A stretch of DNA of 64,000 nt. Origin: an uncultured archaeon. Lineage in GTDB: Archaea > Asgardarchaeota > Thorarchaeia > Thorarchaeales > Thorarchaeaceae. The notes under the pieces were generated by a model. The model was not told the DNA's origin, ran no database searches, and saw only the letters and a program-made list of their open reading frames with translations. The stretch lies in the NCBI GenBank assembly GCA_964458565.1, contig CAYWJO010000007.1, positions 1-64,000 of the forward strand, in the 5' to 3' direction. The translations under genes were made by a program, and so were the position numbers. Below, piece after piece: positions 51,432 to 61,486 of this stretch; the stretch's first letter is position 1, and the number at the start of each line of letters is the position of its first letter.

Positions 51432-51570
51432 GGGTCGGTGGTCTAGCTACCAGGTCAGGTTTTCTGTCTTGGCTAGAATGGCTATGATTCTTGGTTTGGG
51501 TCCGAGAGTCAATCTGACTCTCTAGCAAGGATCCAAGGGATCGGGCGTTCGAATCGCCCCCGGCCCACCA
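51432..51570 (+). tRNA. tRNA-Pro(TGG) with two introns (D-loop 51449-51478; canonical 51501-51531); CCA encoded
   Basis: GGGTCGG/CCGGCCC acceptor stem; CTTGG-TT-TGG-G|T-CCAAG; both inserts form BHB motifs. Confidence 0.92.
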
Positions 51571-51616
51571 TTTCTTCTTGATTCTCTGTGGTGCTTTTTA
51601 GGTATCATACAAGTAA

Positions 51617-52321
51617 ATGTCCGAGAGAAACGTTATGCAGACTGGACAAGAACTTGCCATCACTGCTAATATTGCGGCTTTCATTGTATCCGCAGCAGTT
51701 GCAGCATTTTTACTTCGCCTATGGTATCGACAGGAGAACAAAATCTACACTGACCTACCGTTGATGTTTGGAATTACTTTCGCATCGATGGCTTTGAATG
51801 CCTTAATTCAAGCTATCACAATATCTGAAATTATTGGTGCCACGATGGATATTTTTCGTATTCGGGCTCTAGTAATCAGTGGGTCTGCATTCCCTCTACT
51901 TGGTGCATTACTCAATATCTGGCTTCCAAAATATCAGAAACATCATGTACAAATCATGTTGTCACTCATTGGATATTGGATCCTTGTATCTGTTCTGGGT
52001 CCAACAGAAGCATTAGTAATGTCACTTTTGATTCCCCTGCTTCTTGTATTCACCATTGGCATGATGGTTACCTTCTCTATTACTTGGAAGACGGGTCGAT
52101 TAGAAGAAGTCCGGAGCGACCTCATGGTCCTGACGCTACTCATTGGTTTTGTAAGCCAAGTAATCCGTGTCCCAATGACATCGATGGGTCTAGATTTCAT
52201 TCCGATTAGTATTGCTGCATTATCTGCCGTAATTGGTGGGTTCGCATTGGCAAATCCATGGTACCATCAGAAACAGGCACGAGCCAAGATAGAATCACAT
52301 TCAGTTGTAGTTGGTGTATAG
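51617..52321 (+). CDS. Multi-pass membrane protein (about 7 TM)
   Basis: Hydrophobicity pattern. Confidence 0.75.
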   Translation: MSERNVMQTGQELAITANIAAFIVSAAVAAFLLRLWYRQENKIYTDLPLMFGITFASMALNALIQAITISEIIGATMDIFRIRALVISGSAFPLLGALLNIWLPKYQKHHVQIMLSLIGYWILVSVLGPTEALVMSLLIPLLLVFTIGMMVTFSITWKTGRLEEVRSDLMVLTLLIGFVSQVIRVPMTSMGLDFIPISIAALSAVIGGFALANPWYHQKQARAKIESHSVVVGV

Positions 52322-52323
52322 TC

Positions 52324-53226
52324 TTGAATGCAAGATTAGTAGTTTTATATAACAACAAAGCCCCAGCTAACAGTCCTTTCAAGAGTTCAAACGGGCTCAG
52401 TTGGTATTTAGAGTTTGAAGACCAGCATATTCTATTTGATTTGGGATTGAAGGGATCGACACTTTTACACAATATGGAACAAATAGGAATTAGTCCTGAC
52501 GATATCGATATACTTGTCCTATCACACGCTCATATTGACCACACAGGTGCCTTACCTGATTTCCTTAAAGCTCGAACTACTGCAAAAAAACTCCTAGTTA
52601 TTGCCCATCCAAGTGTACTGGAACCAAAACGTGCTGCTCGTTTGTTGAATATTGGATTACCTGACCTAGATTTAGAACTTAAGCAACGGGTTCGGTTACA
52701 GATGACTGATGCCCCATACGCCATCAATCCATTTGTGTTCACAACAGGGGAAATCTCTGACCGTAGCGAAAAGGATGGCACAGGATGGGTGATGCAACAT
52801 CTGTTTGATGGACATTGGTCCACAGATCCCATATTGGATGACCAATCAATCGTCCTGAGTACCAAAAAGGGGCTAATTGTAATTTGTGGGTGTTGCCATG
52901 CTGGTTTGATTAACACATGCAACCATGTCAAGAATATGGTTCATTCAAGAATCATCCATGTGTTAGGCGGGACTCACACCAGATCCTTCTCTCGTGATCA
53001 AATGGAATATATTGGGGACAAACTCGAATTGGAACTTGAGCTTCCAAATCTCTCTCTTGGTCATTGCGTGGGTCGTAAACAGTTACAGTATCTGAAAGAC
53101 CGGTTTGGAACAAAACTAGTGGGAGAATTAGAGGTCGGAGATGAGTTCACTTTCGAACTATCCGTACCTGATCCAATGGTGATGCAGGAAATCTGGCGAA
53201 TACAGAATCATCCGGCATCCGACTAA
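52324..53226 (+). CDS. MBL-fold metallohydrolase
   Basis: LFDLG, SHAHIDHTG, GCCHAG, GGTH, GHC; TTG start inferred. Confidence 0.88.
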   Translation: MNARLVVLYNNKAPANSPFKSSNGLSWYLEFEDQHILFDLGLKGSTLLHNMEQIGISPDDIDILVLSHAHIDHTGALPDFLKARTTAKKLLVIAHPSVLEPKRAARLLNIGLPDLDLELKQRVRLQMTDAPYAINPFVFTTGEISDRSEKDGTGWVMQHLFDGHWSTDPILDDQSIVLSTKKGLIVICGCCHAGLINTCNHVKNMVHSRIIHVLGGTHTRSFSRDQMEYIGDKLELELELPNLSLGHCVGRKQLQYLKDRFGTKLVGELEVGDEFTFELSVPDPMVMQEIWRIQNHPASD

Positions 53227-53283
53227 TACGAGTTCGTCAATAGTCGAAATCCTTATCTTCTAGCTCTGAGGAAATAATTCCAC

Positions 53284-54009
53284 ATGTCAACTCAGACATC
53301 AGCTAGGGAAAGGCTTGCCAAAAGGATTGCTGGCGAGATTGCATTGTCTGATATGCCCGGACAAACTATGCGTATTTGGAGAGAGCGATTCAGGCTCCCC
53401 CAGATTGTACTAGCTGACTATCTGAATATCAGCCCCAGTGTGATAAGTGACTATGAGTCAGGGCGAAGAAAATCCCCTGGGACTGCAACAATACGTCGTT
53501 TTGTCATGGCACTTCTTGCATTGGATGAGCGAAATGGGGGTCAAGTCATTTCGGCTTTCCTTCGTCTGATGGATGTTTCCTTAGTCGACATGAACATAGT
53601 ATTAGCCATGAGTGATTTTCGATCCCCCATCACGATTCGTGAATTCTGTAAGCAACTGAAATGTGATATTCTTACGGGAGAATCCATGTTAGATAAGGAA
53701 CTCTATGGCTACACATTGGTTGATGTTGAACGTGCAGTAAAGGAACTTGATAATGAGGCTTTTCTCAAGTTATTTGGGGCGACAACTGAACGTTGTTTGC
53801 TATTTACTAAAGTGAGTACTGGCCGGGCGCCTCTGATTGCAATCAAGTCTCAAGAATTCAAGCCCACACTCGTTATATTACATGGTGCGAGTGAGGTTGA
53901 CAGATTAGCTTTGGACCTCTCAGAACAGATGAGAATCCCCCTTGCAGTCAGCAGAATCGGACCGATTGAGTCTCTTGTTAAAGAACTCAGAGGTGTAGAC
54001 CCTAATTAA
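53284..54009 (+). CDS. Archaeal XRE-HTH transcriptional regulator
   Basis: IAGEIALS, SPSVISDYESGRRKSPG, VSTGRAP. Confidence 0.88.
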   Translation: MSTQTSARERLAKRIAGEIALSDMPGQTMRIWRERFRLPQIVLADYLNISPSVISDYESGRRKSPGTATIRRFVMALLALDERNGGQVISAFLRLMDVSLVDMNIVLAMSDFRSPITIREFCKQLKCDILTGESMLDKELYGYTLVDVERAVKELDNEAFLKLFGATTERCLLFTKVSTGRAPLIAIKSQEFKPTLVILHGASEVDRLALDLSEQMRIPLAVSRIGPIESLVKELRGVDPN

Positions 54010-54920
54010 CCGAGAATCATCTTAAGAATCGCCATTCTAGTAACTACACCACTGTAGACTTGATCAAAGTACTTTGCATGGGGCGTAGCATCAACATCAG
54101 GATCAATTTCATCTACTCGTGGGAGTGGATGCAAGATTATTGCTTCAGGTTTCATCTGTTCTACTTCATTCATCGTAATGCGGAATTTACCCTTTACAGA
54201 ATCATATTCACGAATATCAGGGAATCGTTCTTTCTGTATTCGTGTCATGTAAACTACATCAACATCTTTCACCGCATCTTCCAGATTCTCCACTTCTTCC
54301 ACTTCGATTCCAGCTTCTTTCATCTCATTAATGATTGTGGGTTTCATTCTGAGAGCTTGAGGTGCTGCCAGTTTGACCTTGACATTATAATATCTAAGCG
54401 CAAGACCGAGGGAATGTACTGTTCGTCCGTACTTCAAATCTCCACAGAGGGATATCGTAATTCCGTCAATCGAGTTTTTCATTTTCTTTATCGAGTATAA
54501 GTCTAAGAGTGCCTGTGTTGGATGTTCTTCAGATCCGCTTCCTGCATTGATAACGGGAATTTTAGAGAACTCAGATGCCACTCGTGCTGAACCATCTAGT
54601 GGATGACGAATGACAATAATATCTGCATAACGCTCTACAGTTCTTATTGTATCTGCAAGTGTTTCCCCTTTCCCCCCGGCACTAGTTGCTATCACATCAG
54701 CAAACCCGAGCACCTTACCACCAAGCCGGAGCATCGCACTCTCAAATGAAAGTCTGGTTCTTGTAGATGCTTCAAAGAAGAGAGTTGCCATTATCTTGTT
54801 GCTTAGCTCATTAGATCTATCGATTGCAATTTTCTCCATACTTGCTGCATTGTCCAAAATGAGATCGATATCTTCCCTTTTCAGGTCGTGAATACTAATT
54901 AGATTATGAAGCTTACCCAT
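54006..54920 (-). CDS. pyrB: Aspartate carbamoyltransferase catalytic subunit
   Basis: FEASTRTRLSF, HPTQ, GDLKYGRTVHSL, HPLPR. Confidence 0.97.
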   Translation of the reverse strand: MGKLHNLISIHDLKREDIDLILDNAASMEKIAIDRSNELSNKIMATLFFEASTRTRLSFESAMLRLGGKVLGFADVIATSAGGKGETLADTIRTVERYADIIVIRHPLDGSARVASEFSKIPVINAGSGSEEHPTQALLDLYSIKKMKNSIDGITISLCGDLKYGRTVHSLGLALRYYNVKVKLAAPQALRMKPTIINEMKEAGIEVEEVENLEDAVKDVDVVYMTRIQKERFPDIREYDSVKGKFRITMNEVEQMKPEAIILHPLPRVDEIDPDVDATPHAKYFDQVYSGVVTRMAILKMILG

Positions 54921-54971
54921 ATAGCCACAATCCTAGACTATCTGGGATTTTTCAACTAAGATATACCTTCT

Positions 54972-55460
54972 TTAACCTTCCTGATTGTTAGATGCATTTC
55001 TCCCATATTTTCTCACTATGTCTATTTTTCTAACAGTGAGATCTGCCTCTCTGACAAGTTGGGCTGCAAGTTCATCATCGTATTCTTCGATATAGATTAT
55101 CTCATTGATACCTGCATTGATTATCATCTTTGTACAGATACTGCAAGGTTTGGTTGTACCGTAAATCTTTGCACCACGAACACTCACACCATGATAAGCA
55201 GCTTGAATAATCGCATTTTGCTCTGCATGAAGTCCTCGACAGAGTTCGTGGCGTTCACCGGGTTTTACTCCCAACTGCTCTCTGATACATCCAACCTCAT
55301 CACAGTGCGGTAATCCCTTTGGAGCTCCATTATAACCAGTGGATAGAATTTGGCCGTCTTTAACTATGACGGCTCCTACTTGATTTCTTAGGCAGGTACT
55401 CCTAGATGAAACCAGATCTGAAATCTCACCAAAGTATACATCCTTGCTCTTTCGTTTCAA
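54972..55460 (-). CDS. dCMP deaminase (ComEB family)
   Basis: GYNG, HAEQNA, PCSIC. Confidence 0.93.
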   Translation of the reverse strand: MKRKSKDVYFGEISDLVSSRSTCLRNQVGAVIVKDGQILSTGYNGAPKGLPHCDEVGCIREQLGVKPGERHELCRGLHAEQNAIIQAAYHGVSVRGAKIYGTTKPCSICTKMIINAGINEIIYIEEYDDELAAQLVREADLTVRKIDIVRKYGRNASNNQEG

Positions 55461-55601
55461 TGGTCATTCATTCCTTGATTATTCCACTCGTGTGTGATTG
55501 AATTCCTCTTAAGAAGTTCACCTTAGTCATAGATGGGAAAGATAAAAAGAACACACCTTTTGAGAATAGATATCTCCTCAATTAGATGGATGATTTCAAA
55601 G

Positions 55602-55946
55602 ATGCGTAAGAAAGACGGTATTGTGATTTGGCCTGCATATATAGACTCAACATTGTCTCGTTCAGAGGGACGAAGGATTCCTAAAAATCTGGCTGCACCT
55701 ACTGTCACGGTCTCTATATTGGCAAAGGCAGCAGAGGCTTCCGCAATGGAATATAAAATCGAGCAGTCAAAACTCTATCCACGTACATGGATAAGCGGTA
55801 ATAGTGGTTACATAGTCGTGAAGGGAACAAGTCATCCCAAGAAAAGATTACTCTTGATGCTGGCTAAGAGTGTAAGAAAGATTGTTGCACAACGCGAATC
55901 TGCTACTAAGGAATCTAAGAAGAAGAGTAAAAAACGACGAAAGTAG
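55602..55946 (+). CDS. srp19: Signal recognition particle protein SRP19
   Basis: IWPAYIDS..SRSEGRRIPK, YPR. Confidence 0.93.
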   Translation: MRKKDGIVIWPAYIDSTLSRSEGRRIPKNLAAPTVTVSILAKAAEASAMEYKIEQSKLYPRTWISGNSGYIVVKGTSHPKKRLLLMLAKSVRKIVAQRESATKESKKKSKKRRK

Positions 55947-55960
55947 GAGATTTATGTATA

Positions 55961-56203
55961 ATGCGGCGTCTTGGTGAAGTCTTACATCTTTCAAAACGTG
56001 GCTCTTTGATCCTTAGAACTGAGAAGACTCCTCCCATTGGACACCATGCTCTTGTTCTAGATAAGAAGGCAAACAGAATTGGTACCATAATCGATGTATT
56101 TGGTCCAGTTGGAAATCCCTACGTGGCAATTCGACCGTTCAATAACACAAATTCCGAATCTCTGATAGGGCAAGTATTATACCTTCAGAAGAAAGAAAAA
56201 TGA
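55961..56203 (+). CDS. gar1: H/ACA RNP protein Gar1
   Basis: LGEVLH, IG.IIDVFGPV.NPY. Confidence 0.93.
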   Translation: MRRLGEVLHLSKRGSLILRTEKTPPIGHHALVLDKKANRIGTIIDVFGPVGNPYVAIRPFNNTNSESLIGQVLYLQKKEK

Positions 56204-56337
56204 CGTACACAAATGTACATTAGGGAACATTCTATATCATAAAGGATGCGATTATGTTTGGCACCTTCCGAAATCTAAATAATCCTCCATATACTATGGC
56301 TAGTATTGCCATGTGTCTAATATCAAGGGTCATACCA

Positions 56338-56679
56338 ATGAACGAGATAGCAACCCAAATCCTAAGCGTACTTCGCGCTGCAGGTAGTAGTGGCTTGCTA
56401 ATTGATGAACTTATAGACAAGATTGGCGTCGACGCAGATACAATTACAGAAACCTTAGACAAGTTATCAACAGAGGGACTAATAATGCAGAAACAAGAAC
56501 TAAAAAATGAACAACCCACGATTAGAGCACATATTGGCAATGAACCTGATGGAAGCAGCATGACAGATTTGAATGGCTGTCCGTGTTTCCATTGTCTCAG
56601 AATAGGCCGATGCGGTCTCAGGCAACCTGATTCTCCAGCTGACTGTAGAGAACTAGAGTCTTGGATGGGTTCCAGCTAG
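56338..56679 (+). CDS. RPC34/TFE-beta-like protein (wHTH plus Fe-S Cys motif)
   Basis: wHTH followed by CPCFHC.....C..........C..L..W. Confidence 0.75.
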   Translation: MNEIATQILSVLRAAGSSGLLIDELIDKIGVDADTITETLDKLSTEGLIMQKQELKNEQPTIRAHIGNEPDGSSMTDLNGCPCFHCLRIGRCGLRQPDSPADCRELESWMGSS

Positions 56680-56683
56680 GAAC

Positions 56684-57295
56684 CTATTCATTCTCCACAC
56701 GCTTCTTTGGATTTGCTGCGAGGAGATATATTTCCGCGCTAGTTTGTCTTGAGGCATGAGGTTTTACTAATCTTACAGATCCGAATTTATTACGAGTTTC
56801 CTGCAGGAATTGTTGAAATCCTGCACCCTGAAAGACTTTTGTCACAACTTTTCCTTTTGCTCCTAATAATGTGATTCCAATTTCCAGAGTTATCTCTGCC
56901 AATTCTAATTGTCGTGCAACATCTAACTCCCAATGACCACTTACCTTCGGTGAACAATCTGATATAATAAGGTCTGCCTTTCCTCCTATCAGTTCCTCAA
57001 CCTGGCTAATGACTTTTGGATCTGTTATATCTCCCTGAACAAATTTGACGCTCTCAATAGGCTGCATTTGGTCCAAATCAACCGCCACAATCTCGAGGCC
57101 TTTATCAAACTCGAGAAGTACCTGCGTCCAACTTCCAGGACTGGAACAGAGTTCAACTACTTTATCAACACCCTTGAGCAGATTATATTTTTCAATCAAC
57201 TGTCTTAGTTTGTAGGCTGAACGAGCTCTATAACCATGTTTCTTAGCAGCCTGGTAGTAATGCTCTTTTGTTCTTGGTCGCCTTGGTCTTCCCAT
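56684..57295 (-). CDS. rlmE: 23S rRNA 2'-O-methyltransferase RlmE/FtsJ
   Basis: YRARSAYKL, PGSW, KVFQG, KP.ASR..S.E.Y. Confidence 0.95.
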   Translation of the reverse strand: MGRPRRPRTKEHYYQAAKKHGYRARSAYKLRQLIEKYNLLKGVDKVVELCSSPGSWTQVLLEFDKGLEIVAVDLDQMQPIESVKFVQGDITDPKVISQVEELIGGKADLIISDCSPKVSGHWELDVARQLELAEITLEIGITLLGAKGKVVTKVFQGAGFQQFLQETRNKFGSVRLVKPHASRQTSAEIYLLAANPKKRVENE

Positions 57296-58495
57296 TTATT
57301 CACTCGCCCTGTTTATGTGTTCGATAGTTTTTGCAATATATTCGATATCTGCATTGGTTCTAATTGCTGTTGGTCTGAAGTGGGTCCTACTCACATCATA
57401 TCCATTGTTCCTTAATGCTTCTATGATATCACCTGTTTTTGGTGGTCTATTATCATGAAGATCACAGAGTTCATGAATATCAACATAGAGGTTATCTGTT
57501 AGATTATGCTCCTCAATCATCAGCTCCAATATGCGTATTGCTCTTTTTTCAAAAACGAAATCGTTTTCCCTGTATAGCTCACACGCGTTGCTCAATATCC
57601 TTTTGTCATACAAATTTCCAATCCAAAGTGGACCTGCTACTCTACCCTTACCTTCACATCTATCGCATCTGCTATGCAAACTTTTCGAATTTAACAATGA
57701 TACTTTCCATCCACTCATACATTTTGGGCAGTAGTAGATGAACCCAATCTGATTCGCCTGTTTGTTGGTAGTTTTCCTTTCTGCATCTACTTTGAGCCAT
57801 AATCGCACATAATGGTCTGTACTGAGAGAAATTAATGGGTTGATTGCTCGGTCATTCATTCCTGCAACATGGTATATCAGACCAATGAGCAGACGTATTG
57901 CAATCTCATGCAGAAATGGTGCCTTTATGGAAATACCCCCATACTTTCTGAGTGCAACTCTTGGAAACACTCCACATAGCACCGGCATATCTGTTGCTGT
58001 GACAGCCAATAGTCCGTTTTTTGGAACCAGTGATTGGATTGCTGCATTGATGAACACAGCAGGTGAACCAAACGGGTCGACGTCAACATAGTCAAATCGC
58101 TTCCCCCTTGATTCCGATAAAAGGAGCAATTTAGCATCCCCCGTCAGTACTTTTGCACGATGTTGGAGATTATTATGTTCTATATTTTGTTTGGCAATTT
58201 TGGATGCTTCGGGATTGATGTCAAACATCAGGCCTTCATAATCACCTATTCCTTCGTTTAGGTATCTTAGAGTTCTCACTCCTGAGCTCGCAAGAGGTTC
58301 ACAAAAGTTCTTGATGGGATACATTTGATTATAGGTTGAGAGAAACAGTACTGAGAGGTCTCGATTTACTACCATTCGAGGGTTATAGAAGATGGGAAGC
58401 GAGGCTTTTGGCTGTGTCTTATTCTCACTATAATGATCAAGATCTGCACTGAAGAAGGGTGTTCTTCCTTCATAATACTCCTTGAGCTTCACCAT
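57296..58495 (-). CDS. trm1: tRNA (guanine-26-N2) dimethyltransferase
   Basis: FYNPRM..NRD, DVDPFGSP, TATD, GPLWIG, SRTHF. Confidence 0.96.
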   Translation of the reverse strand: MVKLKEYYEGRTPFFSADLDHYSENKTQPKASLPIFYNPRMVVNRDLSVLFLSTYNQMYPIKNFCEPLASSGVRTLRYLNEGIGDYEGLMFDINPEASKIAKQNIEHNNLQHRAKVLTGDAKLLLLSESRGKRFDYVDVDPFGSPAVFINAAIQSLVPKNGLLAVTATDMPVLCGVFPRVALRKYGGISIKAPFLHEIAIRLLIGLIYHVAGMNDRAINPLISLSTDHYVRLWLKVDAERKTTNKQANQIGFIYYCPKCMSGWKVSLLNSKSLHSRCDRCEGKGRVAGPLWIGNLYDKRILSNACELYRENDFVFEKRAIRILELMIEEHNLTDNLYVDIHELCDLHDNRPPKTGDIIEALRNNGYDVSRTHFRPTAIRTNADIEYIAKTIEHINRASE

Positions 58496-58545
58496 AGGTC
58501 TTCTTTCTGATAGAACCCTGTTGCATTAATAAACGAGTGGGAGTA

Positions 58546-58646
58546 AGTGTCATGGCCCGAAACCGCACCTGTCATAGAAAAGAAGCCGCTACTCAGCAAG
58601 TGGGGGAAAATGAGTATATTGGAGGCTCTTAGAGGACCATGACATA
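58546..58646 (-). ncRNA. Candidate structured non-coding RNA (unassigned)
   Basis: Nested stems GTCATGGTCC/GGGCCATGAC, AAGAGCC/GGCTTCTT, TACTCA/TGAGTA; G-U pairs favour the minus strand. Confidence 0.45.
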
Positions 58647-58757
58647 TCTCTGTTATCATAGCCCCTTTTGAAGTCCTAGTTATTTGTTCACAATCCACAA
58701 CCTCTAAGTGGGATTAGATACCCATGCAAATTGAATACCATTTAGTGGTGGTAGATT

Positions 58758-59246
58758 ATGGCTACAAAAGTTAGAATAGACACACAATATGGTCCGATTC
58801 ATGCAGAATTCTGGAATGATGATGCTATAAACACGGTCAAGAATTTCATCGTGCTTGCCCAGAGTGGTTATTACGATGGACTGACATTCCATCGAGTGGT
58901 TGACGATTTCGTTATACAGGGCGGAGACCCAACCGGTTCTGGTAGTGGAGGTCCTGGCTACGCAATACCCTGTGAAACCCGAGGTCATAGACAGAAGCAC
59001 GAAGATGGGTCCTTCTCAATGGCTCATGCAGGCCGCGACACTGGTGGTAGTCAATTCTTCATTGTTTTAAACAAGAACAGCACTAAGCACCTTGATGGTC
59101 GACACACAGTCTTTGGTAAGGTCACAGAAGGTTTTGACATTGTCCAGAAGATCAAACAGGGTGATAAGATGCTAAAAGTAGAAGTACTTGAAGTAGACCC
59201 TGAGATTGAAAGTCACGAACTTCAGAAACTCAAATCTTGGAGATAG
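58758..59246 (+). CDS. Cyclophilin-type peptidyl-prolyl isomerase
   Basis: YDGLTFHRVV.DFVIQGGDP, SMAHAG, GSQFFI, HTVFG. Confidence 0.97.
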   Translation: MATKVRIDTQYGPIHAEFWNDDAINTVKNFIVLAQSGYYDGLTFHRVVDDFVIQGGDPTGSGSGGPGYAIPCETRGHRQKHEDGSFSMAHAGRDTGGSQFFIVLNKNSTKHLDGRHTVFGKVTEGFDIVQKIKQGDKMLKVEVLEVDPEIESHELQKLKSWR

Positions 59247-59266
59247 TTACATAGTCCACTTGAGGG

Positions 59267-60157
59267 ATGAGCTTGAGATACGGATTAGTCCCCCTTGAAT
59301 TCAAACCCACTGTTGACCGAATAATCACTGACGGTAAACCTGATTTCTCTCGGTTCAACATTGTTGATATGGTTAGAGATGCTGTACAGATTGAACACAT
59401 TAGTGTCATAGAGGTCACGATGGACGTTTGGTATGTGATTCCTGGAGCTCTTACTCCTGATACAATAAATCAGCTAGCAGAGCTCAAGGACGACTATGGA
59501 CACTCCTATACTGCTCATCTTCCTCTCTGGTCTATTGAACTTGCAACGTTTAATGACCCGGTTAGAACAGGTGGTGTAAGGAGTATTGTTGATTCCATCA
59601 AACTGGTTGAGCCTCTTGAACCCGAATTCTACGTGTTACATTCTACAGGCTCACTAGCCGCAGAGTTTGCAAGGTTGGATTTTGCTAAAGAGATGGTGAA
59701 CGTGATATGCACAGCAATGGCAGGATTTTCAGCTACAAGTGTTGAAGAAATTCTGGCCCAGAGTGAGATAGACCCTCGACGAATTGCTGTGGAAAATGTT
59801 GAATTCCCCTTTGAGACAACTCGTGCAATAATTGATGAGTATGACCTGAGCATCTGTTTTGATACGGGACACCTCTTGACCAAGTATTCTGGTAACGAGT
59901 CTGTACTTGAGTTCTATCAAGAGCACAAAGACCGTATTACTGAACTCCACCTGAATGATGGTACATATAGAGAGGTAGACGGGGTCCCTATTCATGCCGA
60001 TCATCTTGCCCTTGGAACTGGAGAGCTCCCTGTAAGGGAATTTCTTCTTGAATTACTCAAGGATGACTTTGACGGACCTATGATCTTTGAGCTTACCGCT
60101 GAAGAGGCTCGTCAATCCTTACAGAAAATTCATGAAGTTATACCCGAGGCAATTTAA
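59267..60157 (+). CDS. AP-endonuclease-2/xylose-isomerase TIM barrel, possibly CbiR-like
   Basis: HLP, VLH, VEN, CFDTGH, HLND, DH, FE metal ligands. Confidence 0.75.
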   Translation: MSLRYGLVPLEFKPTVDRIITDGKPDFSRFNIVDMVRDAVQIEHISVIEVTMDVWYVIPGALTPDTINQLAELKDDYGHSYTAHLPLWSIELATFNDPVRTGGVRSIVDSIKLVEPLEPEFYVLHSTGSLAAEFARLDFAKEMVNVICTAMAGFSATSVEEILAQSEIDPRRIAVENVEFPFETTRAIIDEYDLSICFDTGHLLTKYSGNESVLEFYQEHKDRITELHLNDGTYREVDGVPIHADHLALGTGELPVREFLLELLKDDFDGPMIFELTAEEARQSLQKIHEVIPEAI

Positions 60158-60230
60158 GATACTGTTCTACGAGCGTGATTGCTAAGGCACATACTGACAT
60201 AGCCCGAAACTCTGAGGACTGTGAACTATA

Positions 60231-61151
60231 ATGACTACCAAGATGCGCTCGTTTCATTGGAAGGATGACTTTGAATTAGTAAAGTCCTTTCTAATTGAGA
60301 CATTTGAGTTGACTCCGTACCACAACTGGATTCCTTCAAGACTCGAAAATGTAAGATTTGGTCCTTGTGGGCCCGAATACCAAGATGAAGAGGACGAATA
60401 TATCAAAATTTGGGAGGAAATTACAGATTTAGGTACAAAGATAATAGCTGTATCCTATATGAAACCATCACTGGAATGTTGGATTCATACACATCCTGAT
60501 TACAAGCACGTTGAGAGAGAGATCATTCTCTGGACTGAGAATCATGCAAAAGAGATGAAACCCGATGCAGGTGAACGAAAAATCAGCTTCATCACGCGTG
60601 ACATAGATGAGAAGCGCGTTTCACTATTGAACGAAATGGGTTATCAAGAGATTGAGCTATATGGAGACTTACAAGTACGCCCTACTGATTTACCTGCTCC
60701 TGATTATACAGTGCCTGATGGATTCTCGATCACACACGCTCTCATGGAGCAAGATTTTGAGAAATACACAGAAGTACAAGGATCTGTCTTTCCACACTGC
60801 AAAAATATGACTAAGAAGTTGCTGATGCATTATGCTTCAGCTTCGTTCTACAACGCAGAACTTGATATTGTAGCTGTAGCTCCAGATGGCAGGTTTGCTG
60901 CATTCTGTACAGTGCGAATAGATCCCGTAAGCAAAATCGCTGAACTAGAACCCGTTGGTACAAATCCTGAGTTCAGGAAATTGGGCCTTGCGAGAGCTGT
61001 GGTACTAGAGGGACTACATCGTGTTAAGAAATACAATCCTTCCGCGATATGCATACCTGGTGCTGCAGCGACTGAGGGGGCGCGGAATCTCTACAAATCA
61101 GTTGGTTTCCAAATAATCGGTGGCGAATACCTCTGGAATAAGACGATTTAG
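60231..61151 (+). CDS. Tandem GNAT acetyltransferase
   Basis: EPVGT.PEFRKLGLARA, LYKSVGF. Confidence 0.9.
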   Translation: MTTKMRSFHWKDDFELVKSFLIETFELTPYHNWIPSRLENVRFGPCGPEYQDEEDEYIKIWEEITDLGTKIIAVSYMKPSLECWIHTHPDYKHVEREIILWTENHAKEMKPDAGERKISFITRDIDEKRVSLLNEMGYQEIELYGDLQVRPTDLPAPDYTVPDGFSITHALMEQDFEKYTEVQGSVFPHCKNMTKKLLMHYASASFYNAELDIVAVAPDGRFAAFCTVRIDPVSKIAELEPVGTNPEFRKLGLARAVVLEGLHRVKKYNPSAICIPGAAATEGARNLYKSVGFQIIGGEYLWNKTI

Positions 61152-61313
61152 GACAGATTCTCTATCAGGAATACCACGATACCTATCTGTCTCTTCATGA
61201 CATCATGAAAATCAAATTTGCCTAAAGTTATTGGGTTTTGACTGGCTTGTGAATGGTCAACGAATATTGCAGTAACGTTTTTATCGGAACGCTCTCCCCC
61301 AACTATCACCCAT

Positions 61314-61419
61314 GGGCCCGTGGCATAGCCTGGTGAAATCGACCACGGTCATTTCGGGTTTTTATTGCGCCGCTCTGATAAGGCGGATGTCGGGTGTTCA
61401 AATCACCCCGGGCCCACCA
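61314..61419 (+). tRNA. tRNA-Ile(GAT) with D-loop intron (about 61335-61360); CCA encoded
   Basis: GGGCCCG/CGGGCCC acceptor stem; CCGCT-CT-GAT-AA-GGCGG; hairpin insert with BHB-like ends. Confidence 0.9.
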
Positions 61420-61486
61420 CTTTCTATTGAATTGAACCCAATCCTTTTTCACAAAGTACAACTCATGTTATTTGCTGTTGTTTGCT

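Noticed and set aside
58546-58646. Resemblance to an HDV ribozyme (CATGGTCC...AGCCTCC), 5S rRNA or a cobalamin/TPP riboswitch
   Set aside because: Could not build the required pseudoknots or find the conserved cores
58489-58698. 69-aa ORF upstream of trm1 as rpl35ae
   Set aside because: No L35Ae motifs or basic composition; it overlaps the RNA-structure candidate
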